From IMG/VR virus record IMGVR_UViG_3300021964_009400: a stretch of DNA of 64,000 nucleotides. One strand, given 5' to 3'. The stretch's first letter is position 1; every line of letters begins with the position of its first letter. The position numbers were made by a program, and so were the translations under genes. The DNA is from a virus (lineage: Duplodnaviria > Caudoviricetes). The notes under the pieces are model-generated. The model ran no database searches. It saw nothing but the letters and a program-made list of their open reading frames with translations, and had not been told where the DNA came from. Below, piece after piece: positions 16,391-26,254 of this stretch.

Positions 16391-17959
16391 ATGCCAGCAA
16401 AATCTAAACAACAACAAAAATTCATGGGTATGGTTCACGCTTTAAATAAAGGTGATATTAAACCATCTGATGTATCTAAATCAGTAAAGGATGTTGCTAA
16501 AAACATTAAAAAATCTGATGCAGAAGATTTTGCTTCTACAAAACATAGTGGTTTACCAAGAAAGGTAAAAGAACAAATCCTTAATGCATTTAAAGAATAC
16601 GCAAACAAAATGAGTGGTAATAAACTTGGTGGTGGTGGTTCACACGATTATGCACCACAAAAAGGTTTAAGAGATGATGATGGATATGAAGATGAATCAA
16701 TAAACGAAGTTGGAGTAAATGTTTGGTATATTTACAAAAAAGCTAACAAAAATAAGAATAAGTTTTTTAATATGTTATCTGATTTTCGTAAAAAACATAG
16801 TGATACTGCATGGATAAAGATGTTAAATTATGCTCTTGAGGATTTTAATGAAAATCCAAAGAAGTATAAAACAATTGATGATAAACAAAATATATTATTT
16901 AAAAACCTTCAAAACAAGAAAAAAGTATATGAAGGTATGTTCTCTACAATAGACCAAATCAAACAAGATTCTAAGGATGTTAGAGATTTCGTAAAGAATG
17001 TATTCAAAGATAGAGATTTTGTAAAAATGAAAAATGATAAAGAATTTATCAAGTATCTAAAATCTATTTACGAATCAAAAGGTGTTCCTCAAAATTATAT
17101 GCAAGGTAGAACTTCGGATTACCACACAGCATTAAGAGGAAAGAATAGAGATTATAGTGGTGGAACTAACTTTAAGAAAAACAATCATGGTCATCCTGAT
17201 ATAGAAAAAGATGATGAGGACCAGGAAACAAATCAGTTAAGTGTACAACAAACAAAATTAAAAGAAGAAATGGGTAAACTATCTTCATCAGAAAGAATTG
17301 AGTTATATAAACTTTACTCAAAGGCAATGAAAGCAATGCCTGGTTCACCAAATCAAAAGAAACTTAAAGTAATTATCAATAAACTTAGAAAGAAAGCAGA
17401 TTTAAAACCTCTACCGATAAATGAAGCAAAATTAGACCACCATAGAATTAGTGGTAATAGTATTGAACTTCTCGTAAGACACAATAGAGAAAAATTAGCT
17501 ATAAGATTTAAAGATAAAAGAATTTTAGATAAAATGGGATTTGATTGGTCAAAACCAAAAAACATAGAAAAATTATTATCATTGAAAAAGTTTCCAAAAG
17601 GAATGTCAGTCAGTAAAAGTTTTCATGAATATGGACAAAGATTAGATTTATCTTATTTAGAAGATGAAGAAGCAAGATTAGATGGAACTCCAAAACCAAA
17701 AGATGCAATTGATAGAGATATAGATGAGTATTCAGGTGGTTCTTATGAATATACAAAAGGAGACCAATATGGTCAAAACTCTGTAAATGAAGTAGGTGTA
17801 TTTCCTGTAACTAATTACATTAAAGGAATTATTCCACAAGGAAGATTAGATACAAACACACCAGAAGCAAAAAGAAAATCTGAAAAGTTAGTTAAGGATT
17901 TAAGAAATACACTTAACAAATTTTGGAAACAACACGATATACCATTTAAAATAAGATAA
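16391..17959 (+). CDS. Probable virion/internal head polyprotein (DUF3008-like N-terminus)
   Basis: MPAKSKQQQKFMGMVHA...FASTKHSGLPRKV; repeated xINE/xVNE/xYE breakpoints; TATATTTATA upstream. Confidence 0.55.
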   Translation: MPAKSKQQQKFMGMVHALNKGDIKPSDVSKSVKDVAKNIKKSDAEDFASTKHSGLPRKVKEQILNAFKEYANKMSGNKLGGGGSHDYAPQKGLRDDDGYEDESINEVGVNVWYIYKKANKNKNKFFNMLSDFRKKHSDTAWIKMLNYALEDFNENPKKYKTIDDKQNILFKNLQNKKKVYEGMFSTIDQIKQDSKDVRDFVKNVFKDRDFVKMKNDKEFIKYLKSIYESKGVPQNYMQGRTSDYHTALRGKNRDYSGGTNFKKNNHGHPDIEKDDEDQETNQLSVQQTKLKEEMGKLSSSERIELYKLYSKAMKAMPGSPNQKKLKVIINKLRKKADLKPLPINEAKLDHHRISGNSIELLVRHNREKLAIRFKDKRILDKMGFDWSKPKNIEKLLSLKKFPKGMSVSKSFHEYGQRLDLSYLEDEEARLDGTPKPKDAIDRDIDEYSGGSYEYTKGDQYGQNSVNEVGVFPVTNYIKGIIPQGRLDTNTPEAKRKSEKLVKDLRNTLNKFWKQHDIPFKIR

Positions 17960-17969
17960 GGATAATATT

Positions 17970-18458
17970 ATGGCAATAGTACCTAAAGGAATAGTAGTTC
18001 ACTCTATGGGAGAATATCTTCAATGGGAAGGTGAATGGATAACTGCTCATGAATTTTTAAAAGAATTAAAATTATCAGTTCATGGATTTATACACCCTGA
18101 TGGAACTTATGAAAAAATGATTTCATCACCAGGTAAAGCAGCTCATGCTGGTAAATCTGAATGGAATGGATTACAACATCTTAACTCACATTATTTAGGA
18201 TTTGAATTGTTAGTACCTGGTAAACAAACTTATGATTCATTTCTAAAAGCAATCGAAGAAGAAGGAACTTATACTGAAGAACAATTTCAATCTGCATTAT
18301 CAACTTGTAAATGGTGGATGGATAAATACAATATTCCAGCAGAAAATGTAGTAAGACATTCTGATTGTAGTGGAGACCATGTTAGAGGAAAAGGAAAAGG
18401 AAAGGTAGACCCAGGTTCTGCATTTGATTGGAAACGATTTAAAAGTGAATTGGGTTAA
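17970..18458 (+). CDS. N-acetylmuramoyl-L-alanine amidase (Amidase_2), probable endolysin
   Basis: IVVHS, AAHAG, YLGFE, VVRHSD Zn-amidase motifs. Confidence 0.85.
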   Translation: MAIVPKGIVVHSMGEYLQWEGEWITAHEFLKELKLSVHGFIHPDGTYEKMISSPGKAAHAGKSEWNGLQHLNSHYLGFELLVPGKQTYDSFLKAIEEEGTYTEEQFQSALSTCKWWMDKYNIPAENVVRHSDCSGDHVRGKGKGKVDPGSAFDWKRFKSELG

Positions 18459-18626
18459 AAGATATTTAAAATTAAAATGGAAATGGGTAGATAATAACCC
18501 ACGAACTGCAGCTTGGTTAGGTTGGTTCAAAGGATTATTGACTGGTTTCCTAATATACTACTTTTTTTTAAAGTAAATATATATAAGTAATAAAGGTTAC
18601 ATCTCAAATTAATGGGAGGTAATATA

Positions 18627-18956
18627 ATGATTGATAAAGAATTAGAGAAAGCAAATACCAATCATCCAGCAGATACAAATGGTGATGGTAGAGTATCTAA
18701 AGAAGAACATGATATGTATCTTGAATTCAAGAGAAAAGAACTTGAAGATAATGATGCAATGAGAGATGCACAAAGAAAAATGGCGTGGTTTGCGTTATTT
18801 GGTATGTTGTTGTATCCATTTGCGGTTGTAATCGCTTCAGTAACAGGTGTTGAACAAGCATCTACAATACTTGGTGATATGGCAGCAACATATTTTGTTT
18901 CAGTTGCAGCAATAGTTGCGGCATTCTTTGGTACACAGGCGTACTCAAGTAAATAA
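18627..18956 (+). CDS. Two-TM membrane protein with EF-hand-like N-terminus (holin candidate)
   Basis: GGAGGT SD 6 nt before ATG 18627 (track start 18612); DTNGDGRVSKEE; two hydrophobic segments; adjacent to the amidase. Confidence 0.5.
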   Translation: MIDKELEKANTNHPADTNGDGRVSKEEHDMYLEFKRKELEDNDAMRDAQRKMAWFALFGMLLYPFAVVIASVTGVEQASTILGDMAATYFVSVAAIVAAFFGTQAYSSK

Positions 18957-19746
18957 AGTTATAAAATTAAAAAATTTGGAAAGATTTAAAAAAATACTAC
19001 CACTCGAAATGAGTGAGTGGTTTGTTACAGAAGAAGAGAAGGAAAACTTTATTCCTTCGGAATGGGTATTACCCCAACCATGGATATCAGCATTTATTTA
19101 TACACATATAAAATCTACATTTTGGGGATATAACAAAGAACACGAAGAAAACTATAAAGATAGACCAAAAGTTTTACAAATTGGTTGTGCACAAGGGTGG
19201 GATGCAGTTGAAATTGCAAAAGTACTTAAATTACCAATGATAAATGGAGAACTTCATGTTATTGATTGGTTTAAAGGAAATCTTACAGTAGATAAAGAAG
19301 AAGAATGGTCCTATAATGAAGATAATCCAACTGAATGGAAAAATCATCTATGGAGTGAAGCAAAAAAACATAAAGTAGATGATATTATTACAGTATTTGA
19401 AGGCGATTCAAGAAAAATGATTCATAATGTTATGGATAATTGGTATGATTTAATTTTTATAGATGGTGGACATGAATATGATATTGTAAAATCAGATGTT
19501 GAAAATGGTTATAAAAAATTAAAAAAAGGTGGTATCATGGTTTTTGATGATTTTTCTGGCGATGAAAATACTTACGATGAATTAAATATTAAAGACGCAA
19601 CTAAAGAAATGTTAGAAAAAGATACTTGGGAATTTGAATTACATGGTAGGGTTCATGTTGGTGTTATAAAAGCAGTACATGAATTTTTAAAAGGAGATTA
19701 TATTTCTATCCCATGTCATCATAAATGTTATCACATTAAAAAATAA
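18916..19746 (+). CDS. Class I SAM-dependent methyltransferase (Methyltransf_24-like)
   Basis: VLQIGCAQGWD, FEGDS, DLIFIDGGHEY, KKGGIMVFDD; true start probably ATG 19009. Confidence 0.85.
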   Translation: MRHSLVHRRTQVNKVIKLKNLERFKKILPLEMSEWFVTEEEKENFIPSEWVLPQPWISAFIYTHIKSTFWGYNKEHEENYKDRPKVLQIGCAQGWDAVEIAKVLKLPMINGELHVIDWFKGNLTVDKEEEWSYNEDNPTEWKNHLWSEAKKHKVDDIITVFEGDSRKMIHNVMDNWYDLIFIDGGHEYDIVKSDVENGYKKLKKGGIMVFDDFSGDENTYDELNIKDATKEMLEKDTWEFELHGRVHVGVIKAVHEFLKGDYISIPCHHKCYHIKK

Positions 19747-19752
19747 AAAGAT

Positions 19753-20226
19753 ATGGTATATTGGTTTACAGGTCAACCTGGAGCAGGAAAAACTATTTTA
19801 GGTAAAAAACTTCACTCATTTCTTAAAACTGAAAAGAGAAATTGGAGAAAAACTGTATTTCATCTTGATGGAGATGACCTTCGAGAACTCACGATTAATA
19901 AAGATTATTCAAAACAAGGTAGGATTAATAATATTAGAAATGCCCAAATGATTGTAGAGTATCTTCATAACAATGATTGTGATGTTGTTATATCTCTTGT
20001 TGCTCCTTATCGTTCAATAAGAGAAGAGTTTAAACAAAAGATAGGTTTGGATAACTTTCAAGAGTTTTATGTACATACACAACAAAAAAGAGAAAGAGAT
20101 AAATTTCATACTAAAGATTATGAAAAACCTCAATTTGAATTTATAGATATAGATACTACTAGAGATAATCCTGATAAATCTTTTTCTAAAATAATAAATA
20201 CTCTTATTAATTTAAATAAATTGTAA
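19753..20226 (+). CDS. cysC: Adenylylsulfate (APS) kinase
   Basis: WFTGQPGAGKT, LDGDDLR, VVISLVAPY, DYEKP. Confidence 0.85.
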   Translation: MVYWFTGQPGAGKTILGKKLHSFLKTEKRNWRKTVFHLDGDDLRELTINKDYSKQGRINNIRNAQMIVEYLHNNDCDVVISLVAPYRSIREEFKQKIGLDNFQEFYVHTQQKRERDKFHTKDYEKPQFEFIDIDTTRDNPDKSFSKIINTLINLNKL

Positions 20227-21275
20227 TGATTGATAAATCGAAATATATCTGTGCAACTCCATTTGGTTACACAGAGGTTTTTGATGATAAACAATTTTTA
20301 TGTTGTCCTGGATGGTTAAAAGAAGATATATACGAAACACCAAGTATTAAAGATAATTTTAATTCAGAAAAATCTCAAAAAATTAGAGAATCTATTTTAG
20401 ATGGTTCGTATAAATATTGTGATGAAAAACAATGTCCTCATTTATCTGCATTTAAACAAAATAAGTTTATAGATAATAGATTTGTTCTTAAAGATAAAAA
20501 ATCTCTTACACAATATAAACCGATATCAAATATCAATACAATTAATTTTTGTTTTGATAGGAGTTGTAATTTGCAATGTCCATCTTGTAGAAGTGAACTG
20601 ATAAATTATTTAGGAAAAGATAGAGATGGTGTAGAAAATAAACTGAAACAAGTTAATGAAGAAATGTCTACAACAATAAAAAGATTGTATTTAAGTGGTT
20701 CTGCAGACCCTTTTTACTCAAAATCATTTAGACAATTTTTAATAAACTTTGACCCATCAAAGTATCCTAAAATGAAAACAATTCATATTCACACAAATGG
20801 TTTGTTATGGACAGACCAACTTTGGGAACGAATGAAAGGAATTCATAAATTTGTTAAATCATGTGAAGTATCAATTGATGCAGCAACTAAAGACACTTAT
20901 GAAAAGAAAGTTAGAATTGGTGGAAAATGGGAAACTCTTTTAAAACAACTAGATTTTATAATCAATATACCAACTATAAAATCTTATATATTTTCATTTG
21001 TAGTACAAGATAATAATTACAAAGAAATGTATTCTTTTTATGAATTAATAAAAAACTTAAATTGGAAATTTAATAAAAAGTTTACAGTATTTTTTAATCA
21101 TATAACTAATTGGGGAACATATTCAGAACAACAATATTTATTAAAAGATGTTTCAAATAAATCAAACGAATCGCATACAGATTTTTTATTAGAGTTAAAG
21201 AAAATACATAATAAAAAAAATGTATCTCATAATTTTCATCATTTAGTAGAACCAATTAAAAAAAGTTTAATATAA
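20226..21275 (+). CDS. Radical SAM protein with N-terminal SPASM/twitch-like Cys cluster
   Basis: CNLQCPSC (CxxxCxxC); N-terminal CATPF...CCPGW...YCDEKQCP; EVSIDA. Confidence 0.85.
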   Translation: MIDKSKYICATPFGYTEVFDDKQFLCCPGWLKEDIYETPSIKDNFNSEKSQKIRESILDGSYKYCDEKQCPHLSAFKQNKFIDNRFVLKDKKSLTQYKPISNINTINFCFDRSCNLQCPSCRSELINYLGKDRDGVENKLKQVNEEMSTTIKRLYLSGSADPFYSKSFRQFLINFDPSKYPKMKTIHIHTNGLLWTDQLWERMKGIHKFVKSCEVSIDAATKDTYEKKVRIGGKWETLLKQLDFIINIPTIKSYIFSFVVQDNNYKEMYSFYELIKNLNWKFNKKFTVFFNHITNWGTYSEQQYLLKDVSNKSNESHTDFLLELKKIHNKKNVSHNFHHLVEPIKKSLI

Positions 21276-21634
21276 TGAAAAAGTATTCAATGTTTATTGG
21301 CAGGTGGCAACCACTTCACAAAGGCCATCTTTGGTTAATTAATCAAAGATTAAAAGAAGGTAAAAATGTATGTTTAGCAATTAGAGATGTTGAACCAAAT
21401 GAAAATCAACCTTGGACGGCTCATCAAATTGAAGAAATGATTCACGAGGGAGAATTAAAAGAATTAATACAAGATGGTAGAGTAATAACAACAATAATAC
21501 CTGATATAGAATCAATCAACTATGGTAGAGGTGTTGGTTATGAAGTAATTGAACACTTTCCACCAGATGAAATTAAAGAAATCTCAGCAACCTCAATTAG
21601 AGAACAAATGAGAAAAGAAGGTAAATTGTTATGA
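21275..21634 (+). CDS. Cytidylyltransferase-like nucleotidyltransferase
   Basis: FIGRWQPLHKGH (HxGH); ISATSIR. Confidence 0.8.
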   Translation: MKKYSMFIGRWQPLHKGHLWLINQRLKEGKNVCLAIRDVEPNENQPWTAHQIEEMIHEGELKELIQDGRVITTIIPDIESINYGRGVGYEVIEHFPPDEIKEISATSIREQMRKEGKLL

Positions 21635-22143
21635 TATTTGAAGATTCAATACCATTATTTAATTCAAGTGAATTAGATTTTATTAAATCTAGTTGGAGAA
21701 ACGATAGGGCAGAAGAAAGAAACTATAAAGATAGAAGTTATTATTATAATGTTCTTTATGATTTGCCTCAACAGTATGTAGATAGATTTTTAGATTGGAT
21801 TGAAAATAAAATTGAAAAGAAAATTGAAAATAGAAAAAAATATGATTTAATTCTACACAAATTTGAAAAAGGAGATTATTTTGATTATCATACAGATGAT
21901 GGATATAAAGAACTTGGAAAGAGAGAATATGCTGCCGGATTTCATGTAAATGATGATTATGATGGTGGAGAATTTGTTGTATATGAAAACCATAAAGAAA
22001 GAGTTATAGGAAAAAAAGCTGGTATTCCTTATATATTTTCATCTGATGTTGGTCATAGAATAAATAAAGTTAAATCAAATATTAGATATAGTATAATCAT
22101 ATTTATATATGATAATTCTATTGATAATAAAAGTTTAATATGA
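21631..22143 (+). CDS. 2OG-Fe(II) oxygenase
   Basis: YHTD, YDGGEF, HRINKV, RYS. Confidence 0.8.
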   Translation: MIFEDSIPLFNSSELDFIKSSWRNDRAEERNYKDRSYYYNVLYDLPQQYVDRFLDWIENKIEKKIENRKKYDLILHKFEKGDYFDYHTDDGYKELGKREYAAGFHVNDDYDGGEFVVYENHKERVIGKKAGIPYIFSSDVGHRINKVKSNIRYSIIIFIYDNSIDNKSLI

Positions 22144-22649
22144 CAATCCAAGAAGTAAATAAAATACTAGATACTTATCATTCTAAAGATTGGAATGATA
22201 ATCCTTATTTTGTATATAAACAACATAATTTTAAGAAAGTTAAATGGTTTTTAATAAATAATGTAGAAGAATTTTCTTTTGTAAGAGATATTCTAACAAA
22301 AGAAGTTAAAAAATTAAATGAAAAATACTTTGTATCAGAATTTATAATTTTATTAATATATGATGAAGGAGATTATTTTGCAAGACACAAAGACCAACCA
22401 AGTGGTGTTTACACACCAGCTGGTGGTGGAACTGTGTTTGAAAACAAATTAGTTTATTCAGCAGGATATTTATTAAATGATGATTTTGAAGGAGGTGATT
22501 TTATGTTTGAAGATAAAAAACTAGAAGCTGAAATTGGAGAGTTATTTTATTTTTCAAGAGATGAATATCATGAAATAAAACCAGTGACAAAAGGTAGAAG
22601 ATTTTCTTTACATTTTACAATAGATGAAGAAAAAAGTAGTTTAATATAA
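22140..22649 (+). CDS. 2OG-Fe(II) oxygenase
   Basis: RHKD, FEGGDF, HEIKPV, RRFS. Confidence 0.8.
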   Translation: MTIQEVNKILDTYHSKDWNDNPYFVYKQHNFKKVKWFLINNVEEFSFVRDILTKEVKKLNEKYFVSEFIILLIYDEGDYFARHKDQPSGVYTPAGGGTVFENKLVYSAGYLLNDDFEGGDFMFEDKKLEAEIGELFYFSRDEYHEIKPVTKGRRFSLHFTIDEEKSSLI

Positions 22650-22651
22650 AA

Positions 22652-22873
22652 ATGAAAATACACACAATACATATCTTAAAAACAATTACATGGAGAATTG
22701 TAGGTACTTTAGATACTATGATTATTTCATGGTTAATTACAGATAATTGGAAATGGGGAGTTGCAATTGGAGGTGTCGAGTTAATAACAAAAATGGTTCT
22801 TTATTATTTACATGAAAGAGCCTGGTATAAATTTAATAATTATGAAATTGATAAAACCACAAGTAAAAAATGA
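22652..22873 (+). CDS. DUF2061-family membrane protein
   Basis: KTITWRIVGTLDT...YYLHERAW. Confidence 0.8.
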   Translation: MKIHTIHILKTITWRIVGTLDTMIISWLITDNWKWGVAIGGVELITKMVLYYLHERAWYKFNNYEIDKTTSKK

Positions 22874-23879
22874 ATGGGGTAATCTAAAAGAGATTATTGT
22901 AGGAACAACAAGAGGTGCACAAGTACCAACAGTAGGAGATAAATGTTTACATAGTATTGATTATGCACATTTATCAGAACAAGAGTTCAAAAACAGACCA
23001 TCTGGCCCATATCCAAAACAGGTCATGTTTGAAATGGAAGAAGATTTGGAAAATATTGCAAACACTTTAAAAAATCTTGGTGTTAAAGTACACCGACCAA
23101 TCGATATAGATTTTTCACAACCAATCGTAACAGAAAATTGGACAGTTGATGGATATTATAATTACTGTCCAAGAGATTCTATGTTAGTAATAAATGATAA
23201 GGTTATTGCAACACCAATGACCTTAAGACATAGGAGTAATGAAGCAGAAACTTGTAAACCATTATTTGACCAAAATCATTGGGTTGAAGCACCAAAACCA
23301 AAATTATTAGATTCAATATATCAAAGGGAAGATTTATCTATTCCAACTCTACTTGATGGTGAACCTGTTTTTGATGCAGCTAATGTAATTAAACATAATA
23401 ATGATTTACTATATTTAGTTTCTAATACTGGTAATAAGACAGGTGCAGAATGGTTAGAAAGATATTGTAAAGAGAATTTTGGTGAAGAATATAATGTACA
23501 TTTAGCAGAAAATGTTTATGCTTATATTCACATTGATACAACATTTGTATTTTTGGGTGAGGGTAAGGTACTTTTAAATCCTTCAAGAGTAAGTCAATTT
23601 AATTTACCAGAATTTTTACATAGATTTGATAAAATTTGGGCACCCGAACCATTTCCTACTCAAGTTCTTGATGATTGGTGTCCTGCATCACCTTGGTTGG
23701 GTATGAATATTTTACCAATCAATGATAAACTTTGTATGGTGGAAGAAAATCAAACAATGTTAATGAAAGAATTAAAAAGATTTAATATTGAATCAATACC
23801 AGTAAAAATGAGACATTCAAGAACTTTTAGTGGTGGACCACATTGTGTAACTTTAGATGTTGTAAGAGAAGATGAATAG
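22842..23879 (+). CDS. Amidinotransferase (glycine / inosamine-phosphate amidinotransferase family)
   Basis: NEWGNLKEIIVG, CPRD, FDAA, HIDT, GGPHCVT (catalytic Asp/His/Cys); track start 22812. Confidence 0.85.
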   Translation: MKLIKPQVKNEWGNLKEIIVGTTRGAQVPTVGDKCLHSIDYAHLSEQEFKNRPSGPYPKQVMFEMEEDLENIANTLKNLGVKVHRPIDIDFSQPIVTENWTVDGYYNYCPRDSMLVINDKVIATPMTLRHRSNEAETCKPLFDQNHWVEAPKPKLLDSIYQREDLSIPTLLDGEPVFDAANVIKHNNDLLYLVSNTGNKTGAEWLERYCKENFGEEYNVHLAENVYAYIHIDTTFVFLGEGKVLLNPSRVSQFNLPEFLHRFDKIWAPEPFPTQVLDDWCPASPWLGMNILPINDKLCMVEENQTMLMKELKRFNIESIPVKMRHSRTFSGGPHCVTLDVVREDE

Positions 23880-24960
23880 AATTGCTGATTTTCATTTACA
23901 ATCAACTAGATTATTTGGAAGATTATTAACTATTACAGATACTCCTTATACTACACTAGTTGGTAAATATGATTATATCTTTACACATAGACAAATAGAA
24001 GATGAAGGAGAAATTGAAAAAATAATTTCATATTGTAAACCAACATCAACTATAATAGTTGATATAACTACCGAATCCGGTCAAGTGGAAGTTTTTCTTA
24101 ATGTGTTTAAACAAATAATAAAAAATTATAATTACAAATTTGTTTTAATAGCAGATGTTCCAATTAAAGAAAATTTAAACTGTAAAGTAATTGATGATTA
24201 TTCACTTGCATTTGCATCTCATTTAAATGATAATTTATTCGGTAGAGTTTATTTTCATAATTGTGGTGCATCCTTAAAACATGGACTAAATAGTTTTAAT
24301 GGTTCTTTAAGAAATCAACGAGTATGGCTAAATTGGCTTTTAGTTCGTAAATTTAAAAATTCAGAACTTCCTTTGAGTGTAGAATTTCATCATTATATCA
24401 ATGGGGAAAATGGACCTGCATTTGTTGAGGAAGTGTGGAACGATTTCCTTAAAAAATTTCCTAAAGAAGTTGAAGAAAATTTAAGGGATAGGCAATTTAT
24501 AACAAAACATACAGAAAAAAATCCTATACTATTAACTGAATATAACAAAGTATCTAGTCTTACAGAGACAATAAATTTAGTAAGTGAAAATGTAGTAGGG
24601 AGTGATATGAATGTAGGTGATGATAAACACCATATAACTTTTACAGAAAAAACTATTAAACCATTTATAAGAGGACAGATTCCTTTAATACATGGTTACT
24701 TTGGATTACAAAATGAATTAAGAAAATTAGGATTTGATTTATTTGATGACCTTATAGATAATTCATATGAACAAGAATCTGATTCTTATAAAAGACTTCA
24801 AATGCTTGTAGATGAATCTTATCGATTATTAAATATAGATACTGAAACTTATTTAAAAAATAATATTAAACGAGTTTACAATAACAAAAAACTATGTGAA
24901 AAGTTAGTTTATAAAGGTAAAACTTTAATATATAACTTGGTGGAAGAAATTATACTCTAA
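23872..24960 (+). CDS. Hypothetical protein with GT10-like C-terminal motif
   Basis: INLVSE...TEKTIKPF...LGFDLFDDLIDNSYE, a pattern common in large-phage sugar-modification clusters. Confidence 0.5.
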   Translation: MNRIADFHLQSTRLFGRLLTITDTPYTTLVGKYDYIFTHRQIEDEGEIEKIISYCKPTSTIIVDITTESGQVEVFLNVFKQIIKNYNYKFVLIADVPIKENLNCKVIDDYSLAFASHLNDNLFGRVYFHNCGASLKHGLNSFNGSLRNQRVWLNWLLVRKFKNSELPLSVEFHHYINGENGPAFVEEVWNDFLKKFPKEVEENLRDRQFITKHTEKNPILLTEYNKVSSLTETINLVSENVVGSDMNVGDDKHHITFTEKTIKPFIRGQIPLIHGYFGLQNELRKLGFDLFDDLIDNSYEQESDSYKRLQMLVDESYRLLNIDTETYLKNNIKRVYNNKKLCEKLVYKGKTLIYNLVEEIIL

Positions 24961-25020
24961 AAATTAGAAAAGCCTATCAAAAAATTTTAATATACTATAC
25001 TTATAATAAAGGTTATTACT

Positions 25021-25584
25021 ATGGAAAATAAAAATGAAAAGATATTCCCCAACTACGACCCTACACAAGATTTATCTTTAGCTGGTAAGAATAGAAGAAT
25101 GAAAAGAGGCTTGGGTGCAAAACCTTTGTTAGAATCTGAAATTAAAGAGGTACAAACAAAAGCTCGTTCAGCAATGGAAGCAGCAAGATTACTTGGTGTA
25201 TCTTATAACACATACAAAAAATACGCAAGAAAATATGGTATCTTTGAGGATTTAAAAAATCCAGATGGAAATGGTATTCGAAAAGGATATAATATCAAAA
25301 GAGGAAAATATTCTCTTGACGATATATTAAAAGGAGAGTATCCAGAGTATCCAGTATGGAAACTTAAACAAAGATTGCTTAATAATGGTTATATGTTAGA
25401 AAAGTGTAACAATTGTGGATTTGAAGAAAGAAGAGTTATTGATGGAAAAGTTCCTTTAGTATTAGATTTTGAAGATGGTGATAGAAAGAATCATAAATAC
25501 CAAAACCTTAGAATGTTATGTTTTAACTGTTCATTTCTCATCAATGGAAACCTTTCAGGACCAAAAAAAGAATATGAATATTAA
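25021..25584 (+). CDS. HTH plus degenerate HNH/zinc-finger protein
   Basis: SAMEAARLLGVSYNTY (HTH); CNNC...LDFEDG...NLRMLCFNC (HNH fold with Phe at the usual catalytic His position). Confidence 0.65.
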   Translation: MENKNEKIFPNYDPTQDLSLAGKNRRMKRGLGAKPLLESEIKEVQTKARSAMEAARLLGVSYNTYKKYARKYGIFEDLKNPDGNGIRKGYNIKRGKYSLDDILKGEYPEYPVWKLKQRLLNNGYMLEKCNNCGFEERRVIDGKVPLVLDFEDGDRKNHKYQNLRMLCFNCSFLINGNLSGPKKEYEY

Positions 25585-25601
25585 AAAAAATACCTTTTTT
25601 A

Positions 25602-25633
25602 TTTGGTAATCTAAAAAAAAAGTTGTATATTTG
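25602..25633 (+). promoter_or_regulatory. Bacteroidota sigma-A type promoter
   Basis: TTTG-N20-TATATTTG immediately before the ferredoxin gene. Confidence 0.75.
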
Positions 25634-25641
25634 TACTCAAT

Positions 25642-25965
25642 ATGAGTTATATAATCGGAAATAAGTGTGTAAGTGTTTGTGATACTGCTTGTGTAAAGGT
25701 ATGTCCTGTTAATTGTATTCATGGTCCTATCGATGTTACAGGAGCAGGAAATGAGGTTGATAATATGTCACCTGAAGAATTAAAAGGAAAACAATTGTAC
25801 ATTAATCCTGAAGAATGTATCTTATGCGGTGCTTGTGTACCTGAATGTCCTCCAGATGCTATTTTCTATGATGAAGAAGATGCAATTAAAGCAGAAGGAA
25901 ACGATGAATCAGTTAAAAAAAACTATGAATTTTTTGGATTTGAATTTCCTAAAGATAAATTTTAA
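25642..25965 (+). CDS. Ferredoxin (two Fe-S clusters)
   Basis: CVSVCDTACVKVCP and CILCGACVPECP. Confidence 0.9.
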   Translation: MSYIIGNKCVSVCDTACVKVCPVNCIHGPIDVTGAGNEVDNMSPEELKGKQLYINPEECILCGACVPECPPDAIFYDEEDAIKAEGNDESVKKNYEFFGFEFPKDKF

Positions 25966-25971
25966 AAAAAA

Positions 25972-26003
25972 TTAGGAAATTAAATAAAATTTTCGTATCT
26001 TTG
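25972..26003 (+). promoter_or_regulatory. Bacteroidota-type promoter
   Basis: TTAG-N20-TATCTTTG upstream of 26042. Confidence 0.6.
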
Positions 26004-26041
26004 TATAACAAATAAATATATATTAATATAAAACTAAAATT

Positions 26042-26254
26042 ATGAGTAAATTTTTCGAAGTAACAGTAGAAGTGGTTGTTGCCACACTTAAAAATGGTAA
26101 AGACAAAAAAGCAAAAGAAATCTACTTAGTAGATGCACAATCGGTAACAGAAGCTGAATCAAGAGTTGTAAAAGATTTTGAAGATAGTGGAGTTCAGATT
26201 GACTACAAAGTAAGTGGAGCAAAAGAAAGTAGAGTATTAAGAGTAATTGAGTAA
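26042..26254 (+). CDS. DUF4494-family protein
   Basis: YLVDAQSVTEAESRV motif of this Bacteroidota family. Confidence 0.7.
   Translation: MSKFFEVTVEVVVATLKNGKDKKAKEIYLVDAQSVTEAESRVVKDFEDSGVQIDYKVSGAKESRVLRVIE

Noticed and set aside
25021-25584. Active homing endonuclease or mobile element
   Set aside because: The catalytic His positions are substituted, and no intron or insertion boundaries are visible.
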